Positions 52,501 to 64,000 of a DNA stretch of 64,000 nt are shown here, piece after piece. The stretch is taken from assembly GCA_043228905.1 (NCBI GenBank), contig JBHGNT010000146.1, positions 2,276 through 66,275 of the forward strand, written 5' to 3'. The notes beneath the pieces were generated by a model. That model searched no databases, had not been told where the DNA came from, and was given only the letters and a program-made list of their open reading frames with translations. Positions within the stretch are counted from its first letter, which is position 1. Each line of letters opens with the position of its first letter. The position numbers and the translations under genes are program-made. Source of the DNA: Azolla caroliniana. Lineage: Eukaryota; Plantae; Polypodiophyta.

Positions 52501-54993
52501 TATTCCGAAACATGATCGCCGAAAACTTGCACCTCGGTCCAGGAAATGCATTTTTCTTGGATATGGATCAGACGGCGAAATGGGATACCGACTCTGGGAC
52601 CCCGAACGCAGACAAATCGTTCGAAGTTCGGACGTTGTGTTCAACGAGTCGGCTATGAATCCATCAGTCGAAAAACCGATCGAAGTCCGAAGGGTAACAT
52701 TTTCCGATGTGCCGACCCTCCAAGAAGGCCCCGCTCTTAACACACGGTCAACTTCACGGGTAGCTGAACCTTACACTACCGAATCGGACAACTCCGACTC
52801 GGCACCGCAGAACAATCCGCTTTCGGACCATCCGACCTTGATACCCGATGCGACCAGTCCAATCATACCTCGACGATCCGAGAGACTGTCGCAACCTCCG
52901 GAGAGGTATTCTCCTGGAATTTTCTTCACCGACGCCGGCGAACCGACGTCTTACGAAGAAGCATCGACATCTGTCGATTCAGCCACTTGGCATCTGGCGA
53001 TGGAGTCGGAAATGCACTCCATTCGGGCAAACAAGACTTGGGATCTGGTCGAATTACCTAGGAACCGACGTGCTCTTCCTTGCAAGTGGGTTTATCGACT
53101 AAAAGAGACGTCTGATTCGACCACCCCAAAGTACAAGGCCAGATTAGTTGCGAAGGGCTTCCGACAAGAATATGGCGTCGACTTCGACGAGATTTTTTCA
53201 CCAGTGGTGAAAATGACAACCCTTCGTTTTCTACTCGGCGTAGTGGCAGCCGACAACCTGGAGCTGATTCAGCTAGATGTCAAAACAGCATTCCTCCATG
53301 GTGATCTTGAAGAGGAAATTTATATGGAGCAGCCAAAAGGCTTCGTCGCTACTGGCCAAGAACATCTAGTCTGCCGACTCAGGAAGAGTCTATACGGCCT
53401 CAAACAGGCACCGCGACAATGGTACAAGAAGTTCGACGACTTCATCCAATCGATCGGCTTCTCAAAAAGCGATGAGGACCATTGTCTTTTCACCAACACA
53501 GCTCAAGATGGATCACCCATCTTCCTCATCATTTACGTGGACGACATGCTAATTTCTGGACGCCACGCGGGCGAACTTGCCGATCTCATTCGGCAACTGC
53601 GGTTGAAGTTTGCCATGAAGGACCTCGGTCCGGCACGACACATACTCGGCATGAAGATTAGTCGGCATCGCGATAAACGACATCTTTTTCTGTCTCAGAC
53701 CGACTATATCCGACGTGTCTTAGAACGCTTCAACATGCAATCAGCCAAATCTGCTTCAACCCCGCTCCCTATGAATCTTCGGCTCTCTCAGCGAGACTGC
53801 CCGACATCCGGTCCGGAGGGGGAAGATATGAAGTCGGTACCGTATGCACCGGCAGTCGGCTCCCTTATGTACCTGATGGTCGCGACACGGCCTAATATTT
53901 CTCACGCCGTAGGAGTCGTTAGCAGATTTATGCACAATCCCGGCCGATCGCATTGGAACGCAGTCAAGCATGTGTTCAGATATCTGGCTGGCACAAAAGA
54001 CCACGGCATTCTTTTCGGTCCGAACCGAACCTCAGGCGTAGTCGGTTACACCGACTCGGACTTCGCCGGCTGTATAGACAGTCGGAAATCAACAACCGGA
54101 TACTGCTTCAAATTCGGCAATGGAGCAATCTCGTGGAAGTCGAAACTTCAGGAGTGCACAGCGACCTCAACGACCGAAGCAGAATATGTAGCTGCGTCCG
54201 ACGCAGCAAAAGAAGCTCTGTGGCTCGGCCGGCTGGCGCACACGTTTCGGCAAGTCGACCACGACTCGACTCCAGTTGTCTATAGCGACAGTCAAGGTGT
54301 TGTTGCCTTGTCGAGAAATCCGGTTCATCACAACGCCTCCAAACATATCGACGTTCGATATCACTTCGTTCGGGACTGCGTCATTTCAGGGAAAATCAGT
54401 CTAGAGAAAATATCCACAACCGACAATGTCGCAGATGGAATGACCAAGTGTCTTTCGGCAGACCGCTTTCGGTCTCTTCGGCATCAGATGGGCGTAACGA
54501 CAAACCAGTCCGGTTAGAGCCGGACACAGAGCAGGATGGTTCCCGACAACCGACATCAGTTCCTTAATGATCGGCTTCAACTGTTCCGACCCGACCAGTT
54601 CGGTCTTCTGCCTTCGGACCCTGCCGACTCGAACAAAGCTGATATGTCCGAGAACCTAAGTCTATACCTGTAATCTTAGATAACCCATGTATACGCCCAT
54701 TACGGGGGAGTGTCGAATACATGTGTATAATGGACGTATTCACACTATCCCGTTTTGGCCATTTATGTAATTAGCATAAAGGGTAGTTGCCCTAAGTCGG
54801 TCACTATATATAGTGACCTTGTAACCTTCTTGTAAGGTTGGGTGTTGTATTATTGCTTTGTGGAATAAAGAGTCTTTTGTGTCTCTCTCTCTCTCTCTCT
54901 CTCTGTGCAACGACCTAAAAACTGTCATACGCAGGTACTCAACAGCAATCGAATGCTTCTTGATCTTCCGCATAGACGACCTTGTTCCCAACA
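49527..54993 (+). mobile_element. Intact full-length Ty1/copia LTR retrotransposon
   Basis: LTRs 49527-49807 and 54711-54993 (TG...CA), TSD TGGAC on both sides, tRNA-iMet PBS TGGTATCAGAGC at 49810, PPT GGGGGAG before 54711, single gag-pol ORF. Confidence 0.98.
50504..54517 (+). CDS. Copia gag-pol polyprotein
   Basis: CNYCKKPGHIKADC knuckle, WLLDSGAS protease, GAG-pre-integrase and integrase (HSDVCGP, RTDNGGEF, QNGIAER), RT (YVDDM), RNase H (SKHIDVRYHFVR). Uninterrupted. Confidence 0.97.
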   Translation: MASTSGSSEMSLRKFDGSNFNFWKEQMQDYLIVKGQIDPIENEEPPEGYKPIEWQKLDRIVRATIRMHLSESVYFTVQSCTTAFELWKTLSDTYEKKVAATKMFLIRRLYNLRMKESDSVQAHLNEYESISSQISSQGTAIEDELRAMILMSSLPSSWETFVTTVCNASTTAVKYSEVTSAILTEAARRKSFAKDSTDDAYVVQGSTDRSNIRGRDSSRPPNNQRRRSQSRDNRICNYCKKPGHIKADCRALKNKNNKKSGRHEEINYVSFSADVLPNDPNILSIENPVGSEVLLTTEESSTWLLDSGASFHVTPHRSQFRQYTIRHSDSVRVGNSQHCDIIGIGTVELNLAGGSTLVLHNVRHVPELSRPLISVGQLDEDGIRAGFSSGGWTLHRGNLLLARGPKIHSLYPLHVTLREGNLFLVDIPVSSLWHRRLGHLSKAGITHLSRAGYIPKLSFSDHQFCEHCQYGKQAAASHPTSAPRETRPLDLVHSDVCGPMPHQSLGGASYFVSFIDDSTRKVWAYPIRTKDRVFSIFSDWLAMVENQTDRKLKCFRTDNGGEFKSEEFAKFCRQRGIRREFTAPHSPEQNGIAERMNRTIQERIVSMLQHSGLSDGFWAEALLTAAHIINMSPSRPLGLQIPQELWIGSKPKYDKLRIFGCEAYALIPKHDRRKLAPRSRKCIFLGYGSDGEMGYRLWDPERRQIVRSSDVVFNESAMNPSVEKPIEVRRVTFSDVPTLQEGPALNTRSTSRVAEPYTTESDNSDSAPQNNPLSDHPTLIPDATSPIIPRRSERLSQPPERYSPGIFFTDAGEPTSYEEASTSVDSATWHLAMESEMHSIRANKTWDLVELPRNRRALPCKWVYRLKETSDSTTPKYKARLVAKGFRQEYGVDFDEIFSPVVKMTTLRFLLGVVAADNLELIQLDVKTAFLHGDLEEEIYMEQPKGFVATGQEHLVCRLRKSLYGLKQAPRQWYKKFDDFIQSIGFSKSDEDHCLFTNTAQDGSPIFLIIYVDDMLISGRHAGELADLIRQLRLKFAMKDLGPARHILGMKISRHRDKRHLFLSQTDYIRRVLERFNMQSAKSASTPLPMNLRLSQRDCPTSGPEGEDMKSVPYAPAVGSLMYLMVATRPNISHAVGVVSRFMHNPGRSHWNAVKHVFRYLAGTKDHGILFGPNRTSGVVGYTDSDFAGCIDSRKSTTGYCFKFGNGAISWKSKLQECTATSTTEAEYVAASDAAKEALWLGRLAHTFRQVDHDSTPVVYSDSQGVVALSRNPVHHNASKHIDVRYHFVRDCVISGKISLEKISTTDNVADGMTKCLSADRFRSLRHQMGVTTNQSG

Positions 54994-55141
54994 TGGACAA
55001 CTTTCCTTTGTTCTCATAAAGAGTGGGTTTTAATGTTTTAATTGTCTTTCAAAAGATTGAATTTTCTGAAAACTATAGAAGTTTTACTAGTCTTTGTAGT
55101 TTTTTGTTTTTTATTCACTTTAGAATCTGGTCTTTAATAGC

Positions 55142-55249
55142 CTTTCAGCAATATTAATTTGGAATCCACCACTTACTGAATCAAACTAACAAAAACTTTC
55201 CAGCAATACTAATTTGGAATTCACAACTTACTGATTCAAACTAACAAAG
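55142..55249. repeat. ~57 bp tandem duplication
   Basis: TT(T/C)CAGCAATA.TAATTTGGAAT.CAC.ACTTACTGA.TCAAACTAACAAA occurs twice. Confidence 0.75.
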
Positions 55250-57155
55250 GTGGAGAATCAGCGCTCTGTTCCCTTTTTTTCACCTTTACTTTTCTTTGTA
55301 AGGATATTTAGTCTTTAATCAATTTTCTTAATGATAATATGGTTTAATGAGAATCAATACTAAAGCATTGGTTATTGGTTTGCCTAGTTTAATAAAGCAA
55401 AACTTGTATATACATTTATGCCTTGGAAGTTGGAATAAAGAAAGCAGCAGAATGCATATGCATATACGTATATGTCTTGGAGTCAAGAAGCGTTGTGGTG
55501 TGAAACAACCATATTATAAACCGTTTTTATATGATTCAATTATTGTTGAAACTAAAATTATGCTTTGATGTATTTAGATGGGTCACATAGACATGTGTTG
55601 AAGTGCACACTATATTTATGAGGTATAAGTTATCATGCTGTTTATAGAAGGATTAGTTTTTAAATCACTACAGGTAGTACCAATAGGATGTGCTACATAA
55701 TTATGCCAGCAAATCCGTCATCCAAGAGGAAGAGACAAACTGGGTGCGGATTTGGAAGGGATAAAGTATTTGGAAAAACTCTTTTTGCTTTTTCATGCAT
55801 AGTTTTACTGTCAATGTACAAACAGTTTGTGATACATTACATATATACTTTGTTTATATATGTAATGTATTAGTTGATACATTTCAAGAATCATAAAGTA
55901 TGTACGCATATATGCCTTTTTCAAATTTTCCTATATAGGCTAGGAGAAATTTGAGCTACTAATCACATAAGATTAAGCTCGTAACTTCCTAGAAGCAAAT
56001 GAGTGAATTAAGATTCCATAAGGACATGGCCACTCTTTAATTAAAAGCGAATTAAGATTATTCTAAGTCAGACAAATTATCATGACCATCCTCATTTCTA
56101 AATAGAAATATTAGAGTGCATGTGATTAGCATTGTACATTCCCTAACAATTGTAAAAAAACGTATTCTTGTTACTTAAGTCTCACATTCTTTACTTTCAA
56201 GGTAAAATGCTGCGCCCTTGATCTAGAGTTTTATCCATTTGAATATAAGAACTTTTCGCAGAACTCCTTTATTTTTTGTTGTCTTCTGTCTAATGTATGT
56301 CACAACCCCAAAGGTGCAACAAGAAACTCATAAAAACAGAAGGCAAAAAGGAAAAGAGAGTATGTTAGCCATAACTCATTTTCAAGTCTCGAATAATGAC
56401 CTTAGAATTTATTATGTCTGTATATATGTACACATTGTATGTGATGGTGGATAGCAGAGTAATCGAATGAAAGAATAAGAAAAGGAATGGGTGTGAGATT
56501 TAAAAGCCTATAATGCTTATATTTATATATACTTATATAAACTTTAAAGTATGTCAGTACCAATCATTTAACTGTATCTATCATATGATGCAATGGATTT
56601 TTACTCCCCTTTTTTTTTAATGCATATTCTGGATAGGCTTGCCATATGGCAGCTAAGAAGACAGCAACTATGGCCACTAAAAGACAGCAAAATCTATGTA
56701 ATGCTTGAGGACAAAGATGACAGCAGTGAAAATGCTGAAAATAAAATCTTAATAATCACAAGTTGTCTCATTTCAAGATAACAAGCAAACAAGACATGAA
56801 TGATCCTCTTCCCTACATTTAGAAAAGGCTACCACAGTGCCATAAAACATACAGTGAAACTCATAGAAAACAAGAACATGTAAATAAGACAATGTCGAAA
56901 GAGTCAAGACATGACCCAACCGGAAGAAGATAGAGAAGCCCACAAATTATGAGAAAGAGCATATCCCAAGAAATTATGTATACATTCATTCATTCTTGTG
57001 CAGTTTCCTGACACATTCACCAGGACAAAATTTCACATCCACAGTAAGCAAAATAAACCTGTTCTCAATATCATATCATAGATATTCATCTCTATGATTT
57101 GTCTCAAGGAACTCACTAAATTCAGTAGTACATTCATATCATAATGAGGCTAAAC

Positions 57156-57240
57156 TCTTGAGTCTCTAACTCAACACATAACATTAATCTGTGGAACATC
57201 TCTTGAGTCTCTAACTCAACACATAACATTAATCTGTGGA
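57156..57240. repeat. ~45 bp tandem duplication
   Basis: CTCTTGAGTCTCTAACTCAACACATAACATTAATCTGTGGA occurs twice. Confidence 0.8.
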
Positions 57241-57874
57241 GCATAAGGACTTCATCATAATGGTGTATGTGTTAATCCTTCTTACAGTTCTTTACACCAT
57301 CAATTCAGAATACAAGAACAAGATCATAAAAATAAAACTCAATCAGAAAAATAAAACCATATCCCTTCAATCTAGTCTTACAACAGCGGTCCATTATTAA
57401 TTAAAAAAGACATCACAATTAGAAGAAAGTAAGCTAGAGATTTACTTGAAGCAGAAGCAGAAGTTCATTATCACAAAAGACAATCAGAATGAATGCAACT
57501 CAGGACTTTATTTTAAACAGAAAATACAACAGAATACAATCAGCCAAACCCAAAAAGAAAAAAATATATATAAAAATCTGAGAGGGGGGATAATAATCAA
57601 GTCTGAAGAGACCATGGGTCAGAACATACAGGTCTTCAATCAATGGCTCCATGGATATCCATGTGTATAGATCAAATCGAATAGATCAACAACTCCATAA
57701 AAAGAGTAGTTTGTTTTTTCAGTGCTGCAACAAGTTCATCATATCAAAAGAATTGAAGTTAAAAATGATGGAACCTATAAGAGGCCATCGATAATAGTAG
57801 TAGAAAACAGTATGATAGTAATAAATAGTCTTTTTTGTTTTTTTTGTCTCTCTATGCAGAGAGTGGAGCATTTT

Positions 57875-58069
57875 TCAGTATAGGAAGGCACCCAAGGCAA
57901 GCAAAAAGAGGCTTAGTAGAGGCAAGCCAAATTTAGCAGATGATGTCGCATCAGAAACAGGGGCAGGAGCAGGGGAGACAGCCTGTGCCATAGCTGTCAC
58001 CATGGACAGCAACAGCACTAGGGCTGAGGCTACTACAAGAAGAGTCACCATCTTCTGTCCACTGGCCAT
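57875..58069 (-). CDS. Arabinogalactan peptide (AG-peptide), secreted, predicted GPI-anchored, 64 aa
   Basis: MASGQKMVTLLVVASALVLLLSMVTAMA signal, short QAVSPAPAPVSD core with SP/AP glycomotifs, hydrophobic C-terminus LPLLSLFLLALGAFLY. Confidence 0.85.
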   Translation of the reverse strand: MASGQKMVTLLVVASALVLLLSMVTAMAQAVSPAPAPVSDATSSAKFGLPLLSLFLLALGAFLY

Positions 58070-58143
58070 TTCTTCTTTCTTTGCCCTCACAAAAATTGTC
58101 TGTCAGAGGAAAAAAAACACCCACGAGAGAGAAGAATGAGATC

Positions 58144-58860
58144 CTGCAGATAGTACAAATATACATGTATAGACATTTGTGTACAATACATATATACATA
58201 CATATGCAAATGGGTTGTACCTATGCAGGTATGTATAGGTATGTGCATATGTACATACCTGATTGAATGTATGTATGATACATATCTTACATTCAAGTAC
58301 ATACATAATGAAACAAACAAAGATGAGAGGGTCTTCATTTTCATCTACTGTCCATCTTTCAAACATGTCTTTTTTTTCTGATTGATGAAGCATCTGCCTA
58401 CCATATTAATGCATGAAGAAGCACAGTGAGACTGTTCTTTTTCTCTCTAATTTAGGGTAACAGACAATGTGTAATTTCCATAGATGGCAATTTATTGAGA
58501 AGTAAAGCTCCTATATGTTAAGCAAAAACACGTTACAAGAAAAGCACATCGTACTTACGAAGAGATGGAACAAAAACCCTAACTGATTATGAAAGAAAGG
58601 CTTTAATTCCTTCGGATTGACACGTGAAACACCCAAGCTAAATAGCAAACAAAGGCTTCTACTTACTTACATAAAGCTGTTCAAACCGTAATTAGTTACA
58701 GAAGATATTGAACCTTCTTAACGAGCAGAATGCATGGTTTAAAGGTTTCTAAGCCTTAATAGGACATAACTTTTTCTTTTTCTTTTAAAGACCCACATCA
58801 CACACCAAGGCCTCTCAGGAACGGAACACGAAAAGCTTGTGGAACTGAGAACTAAAGGGA

Positions 58861-58905
<45 letters not shown>

Positions 58906-59453
58906 TGTGAAACAGGGGAGACAAAAACAAAGAGACGTGAAGATAACAGAACAAAACAGAGAGATGAAGAAGAACAGAGCAGAAAATGAAGGTTTTAATG
59001 CACAAACATAAAGAAAAGAGAGAAAATCATCTAACTAAGCTACACTTACATGCATGCAAAACAGAGAGATGAAGAAGAACAGAGCAGAAAATGAAGGTTT
59101 TAATGCACAAACATAAAGAAAAGAGAGAAAATCATCTAACTAAGCTACACTTACATGCATGCATACATATACAAACAACAGAGAGATGAAGAAACAGAGC
59201 AAAAACAGGGAGAAATGGAAGGTTTTTACTGCACACACATAAAGAAAAGAGAGCAAACCATCTAACTAGCATACACTTACATGCATACATACATACAAAC
59301 AAAAAACAGAGAGACGAAGAAACAGAGCAAAAACAGGGAGAAATGGAAGGTTTTAATTTTAATGCACACACAAAAAGAAGAGAGAGCAAATCATCTAACT
59401 AAGCTAAACATACATACATACATACATACATACATACATACATACATACATAC
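58144..59453 (-). other. Predicted 5'-UTR intron of the AG-peptide gene
   Basis: Minus-strand donor CAG|GTATGT at 59453 and acceptor TGCAG at 58144. CT-rich first exon upstream and TTATAA near 59602-59607. Confidence 0.6.
58950..59408. repeat. ~105-125 bp tandem repeat, 4 units
   Basis: Repeated AACAGAGAGATGAAGAA...GAAGGTTTT..TGCACA.ACATAAAGAAAAGAGAG..ATCATCTAACTAAGCTA. Confidence 0.85.
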
Positions 59454-59696
59454 CTGAGAGAGAGAGAGAGAGAGGTTGGGGGGGCAGGGTCTGCAGAGCA
59501 GAGGAAGCAGAAGCTCCAAGTTGAGAGAAGAAGAAGAAGAAGGGAGGTGAGTGAGGTGAAGTGCTTAACAGTGAAGAGCAGTGAAAGGAGGGAGGTTTGT
59601 GTTATAAGAATGGGGAAGAGCAGAGAGAAAGAGAGGGGGGGAGAAGCCAGGCTGGCAAGCATTTGATTGAGCTTTCACACTCTATGTACATTACAG

Positions 59697-59699
<3 letters not shown>

Positions 59700-59755
<56 letters not shown>

Positions 59756-59813
59756 GGGGTGTGTGAGTTTGTGTGTGAAAGATAGAGAGAGAAAGAGAGA
59801 GGTGTGAGTGTGT

Positions 59814-59855
<42 letters not shown>

Positions 59856-60159
59856 GTGTGACAGAGGGGTGTGTATGAATGAGTGAGAGAGAAAGAGATG
59901 TATGTGTGTGTGTGTGACAGATAGATGTGTGTTTCTGTGTGTGTGTTTGTGTGTGACAGATAGAGGGGGGTGTGGGTGTGTGTGTGTGTGTGTGTTTGTG
60001 TTTGTGATAGAGAGAGAGGGGTGTGTGTGTGTGTGATAGAGGTAGAGGTGTGTGTGTGTGTGTGATAGAGAGAGAGGGGTATGTGTATGTGTGTGATAGA
60101 GAAAGAGGGGTATATGTGAGAGGGGTGTGTGTGTGTGTGATAGAGAGAGAGAGGGGTAT

Positions 60160-60195
<36 letters not shown>

Positions 60196-60320
60196 TAGAG
60201 AGAGATTTTACTGTCTTCTAAGACCAAAATTGGCCCATGAGACAAATGATAAGAGGGAGAAGGGTGTGTGTGTGTGTGTGTGTAGAGAGCGAAAGAGAGA
60301 GAGAGAGTGAGTGAGTGAGG
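59700..60320. repeat. Compound (GT)n/(GA)n microsatellite field
   Basis: Alternating GT and GA tracts over ~620 bp. Confidence 0.95.
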
Positions 60321-62750
60321 ACAAAACTGTCTCTTCTCATATGTACATATATATATATGTATATATATATCTTCATATTATTGGTGGTGGTAATAGGTAT
60401 GTGTATGTAGTAAGTTAAGTATACATATGTATATACAAGTGTGATAATGTAATGTTGTAGTACAGTGTGTTTACCTTGGTTTGATATGTTGTATGTAATC
60501 TTGTTGGTGTTTGATGATTATGATGATGATGAATGATGAATGATGAAGTGATTTATGTATGGCCCATGGGGGTCTATCTATCTATACACACACCATGTCA
60601 TGGCATGCATTGCATGCATGCATGTACTGTCTCATGAGACCATCATGACCTCTCTGTTGTTTGTGAAGAGTTTCTCTCTTTATCATCACACATACATATA
60701 TCATCTTATGACATGCCGCCCCCCCCCAAGAGTTAACCATAATGCTTCTGTCATCCCCGCATTTGTGGCTTCAGATGCACCCATCATTTTGTTTAGAGTC
60801 TCTGCATTCATGCTCATTCAGGAAGCTATTCAGAGCATTATGTAACTTTACATGTGGAGTTTTTTGTCGCAGCCTCGCCTTTTATATGATTAGATTGTGA
60901 ACCTATCGCCCTTCATGGCACTATATGGTGCCTTGGTTGACTATTGTGTGAGGTTGGTCGACTTATGCAAAATATGTATATGGATATTGTTAGTAGGAAC
61001 AAGCATAGTATATTGTTCAATCATTAACAAGTTACACAGAGAATGAGAGTGAAAGATTGTTCCATTGTTTAACAAGAGAAAGACTGTATTATTCAAATCC
61101 CACCGAACCGTCTTTTACAGAGAGGAGTTCATCTTATTGATACATTGGGTAACTAAGCCCTAACTATCAAAGGATGTTCACACTAATGACAAATGGGTAG
61201 AGTAGGACTTTTAGTCCAACAACTAATGTCACTTGTAGAAACTCGTATATTTTTAACAATGCAATGCACCTTTCTCGCTCCACATTTACAAAAGACTTGG
61301 CCTTACAACTACATCGCATGCCTTCCTTCGCTGATAGAAGCTCCTTCATAAAACCTTGTGATCTTATCCCCTCACTATCTCACACAGAGAAGCCCGTATG
61401 TACCTTACCCCCATACCACATTCCACATGCATAAGCTCCTAATCTCATTGCATACATGTGTGTTGAATTTTCTCATAACGTTGCACATATTAGCACACTG
61501 CCCCCCACATACAGAAGCTCGCAACATTGAACACCGTAGCCCCTTGCCCCTCACCTTTCGTGATTCCTTGCATAATGTTGCCTCATTGTTATGCATAGTG
61601 TGGCTCAAAAACAACTTCTAACATTGAACATTGATTGAAAACACAAGGCTCTTCCCTCATGAAAGAAATGACTAAACTCTTTCATCCTTGGTATTGGAGG
61701 ATGCATGTCTAAGGCATATATTCACTTACAATGTCACACTCTCGTATGGTATGTGAGTTTGTTTCATAATCTTTCATTTGAGTCCAAAGTGTTATTTGTT
61801 ATTGTTATGTGTCATTGGCTTCATATTTCGTCCACCCTTATCCTCACACACCTAGAACAAAAAAGTCTCACTCTTATTATAACCAACAAAGTTTTGGCCT
61901 CTTTCACCAACTCTCAGTGGGTTATGCATTGTTGAATCGGATCAATTGATTGACAAGATAGTACTACTAGATGACATTGAAAAGGTTACTAATGTGAATG
62001 AAAGCATATTGTTTTGTTACGCATAGGTATTTGACGCTTTTAGCAAATATTTTATAAGGTGCACAAAAGCTTATGAGTATCTCATAAAGCTTTAGTATGT
62101 ATGGAGTAAGTTGAATTTCGATAGGTCCAAACATAAAGGTTAAGCTTGTGATGACTCTCTATCAAGATAAACCATGGATGGTGTACAATAATGGGCACTT
62201 GAATGGTGAAAACATCAAACACCTTAGTCTTGAGGTTCCCCTCGTACATGGAATAATCCCTTATCTCTCTTGTTCTTCATAAAACTAATACGCACACACA
62301 CATGCGTATATATATATATATATAACAACATGACAATGCAAAAAAAATCTTGATGGTCCTACTGCCACAGTGAGGATCTTTATTCCATGCAAAGGTGTTG
62401 TTAGATTAGCTAACATAAAGCTAGCCCTTATGGGGACAAGATGCTAGCGAAGCTTAGTTGTGTGGACTACCATATCAATCGTCCTTTTAAACTATGTGCT
62501 TGTTGTGGTACTCCATGCATCGCATAAAAACAATAACCCATATCTCATACTCCAGTTTGTCAATCTAAACATTGCCACATAAAATGCAGGAGGTACAAAA
62601 AGGGTGACAAGAATATATTGGTTAACAAGCCCAATGTTGCAACATAGCTCTCCAAGTGATGTTAGTAATGGTGCAAGCAAGGAATTTGTGTGTAGGATCA
62701 TCCTTGATCACTATATAAGAAACATGTATTGTCTTCTTCGCCATCATAGG

Positions 62751-63208
62751 TGTTACGGGCATGACCATATAATATCCCTGTGGTTTGAATTTACCATAGT
62801 ATTTTATACACGTGGATAAGTGTGAGGGTTAAACAAGATTGTAAAGAAGGGGAGGATTACTTTTAATCCTCGGGATTGAGACAACCCATTAGGCCAAGTG
62901 TGAACATGGTTGGGGGCCTTGGGTATCGCTATAAATAAGAGGCCTAGCTACCCTCATTTGATCACCTGGTTTATTACGTTGAGACTCTGTCTTGTGGTGG
63001 GTCAACTCTTGTAGCGAGCGTGCCAACACCAGGTACAACTCGACGCCATGGCGGTGGTATGGGATGCCGATCGAGGCTCGAGTCCGTCTTGATCCCTTTG
63101 CTCGGGGGTGGTCGGGTGGATCAACACCCTTCTTTCTCTCTCTCCTTTTTATCTATCTATCTATATTCTATCCTTATCTAATGCTTACATTAGTTCATGT
63201 CTCTAACA
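62751..63208 (+). mobile_element. Solo LTR, 458 bp
   Basis: TGTTA...TAACA termini, exact TSD ATAGG on both sides, internal CTATAAATA. Confidence 0.88.
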
Positions 63209-64000
63209 ATAGGCAAAATGCAGCCCATGCTCATCAAGGAAATACTTGTGTGCACAATAAAATATGGGATTGGCATTCTACACCCACCACTTGACACCAA
63301 CATCATACAAAGGGGTAACGTGTTGCGTGAACAATGCACATGTTGCTAATGAAGCACTATCTATGATAGAAATTATTGATGTGCATTGCAAGAAATATGA
63401 TGTTTTGTTGGTAAATAAGTTATCTCTTTATAACAATGTTGCCACAATGTTTAGAATAAAGGGCAACACAACAAGCAAAGTGGTTGGTTTTGAATGCCAC
63501 GATATGCCAACATGGTGATACTAACATTTTGCCCAATTACCAAGCCAAGCTCTAGTAGGTGATTGAATTTAGACTCTAGACTTTCTCTTTCCATCCCCAT
63601 GCAAGAGCCATGAAGATGTGAGGACCTCAAATTCGTAGAGAAATACTATGACACTTAATGGTTGCTAATTGACCAATCTCAAATTGTGTACACAAAATCT
63701 TAATATAATTGTAGATTATAACCATTGAATAAATGGTCAAACATTATGGACAACACACGTCTCTCTCTCTCATATAAAAGTACGCACTTATGCATAAAGT
63801 TTCTTCAAATCAAGCCACATACGCCATACATGCTTCTACTTATTGAGACTTTATCACTTCCCATTGAGGTTAAAAACATGCCCTCACACAAAAGATACAC
63901 AAAATCAAGATTTCGAGTTTTGAATGAATGGAAGATATGAAGAAACGAGTGGGAAAATGGGACACATCACGTGTGCTTCATGATGCTTGATAGATTCCTT

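Noticed and set aside
50590-54364. Overlapping and antisense ORFs in the copia element
   Set aside because: Expected by-products of a GC-rich long ORF, with no recognisable motifs.
59399-60310. His/Thr- or Val/Cys-rich ORFs
   Set aside because: They are translations of GT/GA/TACA microsatellites.

Overview
Land-plant nuclear DNA, AT-rich with TE-laden introns, most consistent with a seed-free plant such as a fern or lycophyte (inference). The main feature is an apparently intact 24-exon gene (4382-35966, +, ~1762 aa by my manual splicing) for a four-domain (4x6TM) voltage-gated-type cation channel of the Cav/Nav/NALCN/Cch1 superfamily, a class absent from angiosperms. It has an acidic E-D-D-D selectivity ring, reduced S4 charges, a NALCN/Cch1-like III-IV linker and a C-terminal EF-hand-like region plus IQ motif. 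Downstream are a 12-exon BRAP2/BRIZ-type RING + UBP-ZnF E3 ligase gene, a very young intact Ty1/copia element and a GPI-anchored arabinogalactan peptide gene. The rest is tandem Bianca-like copia remnants, gypsy remnants, solo LTRs, many 3' ends of one LINE family, MITE-like elements and tandem repeats. All gene models and coordinates were derived by eye, without alignment tools.
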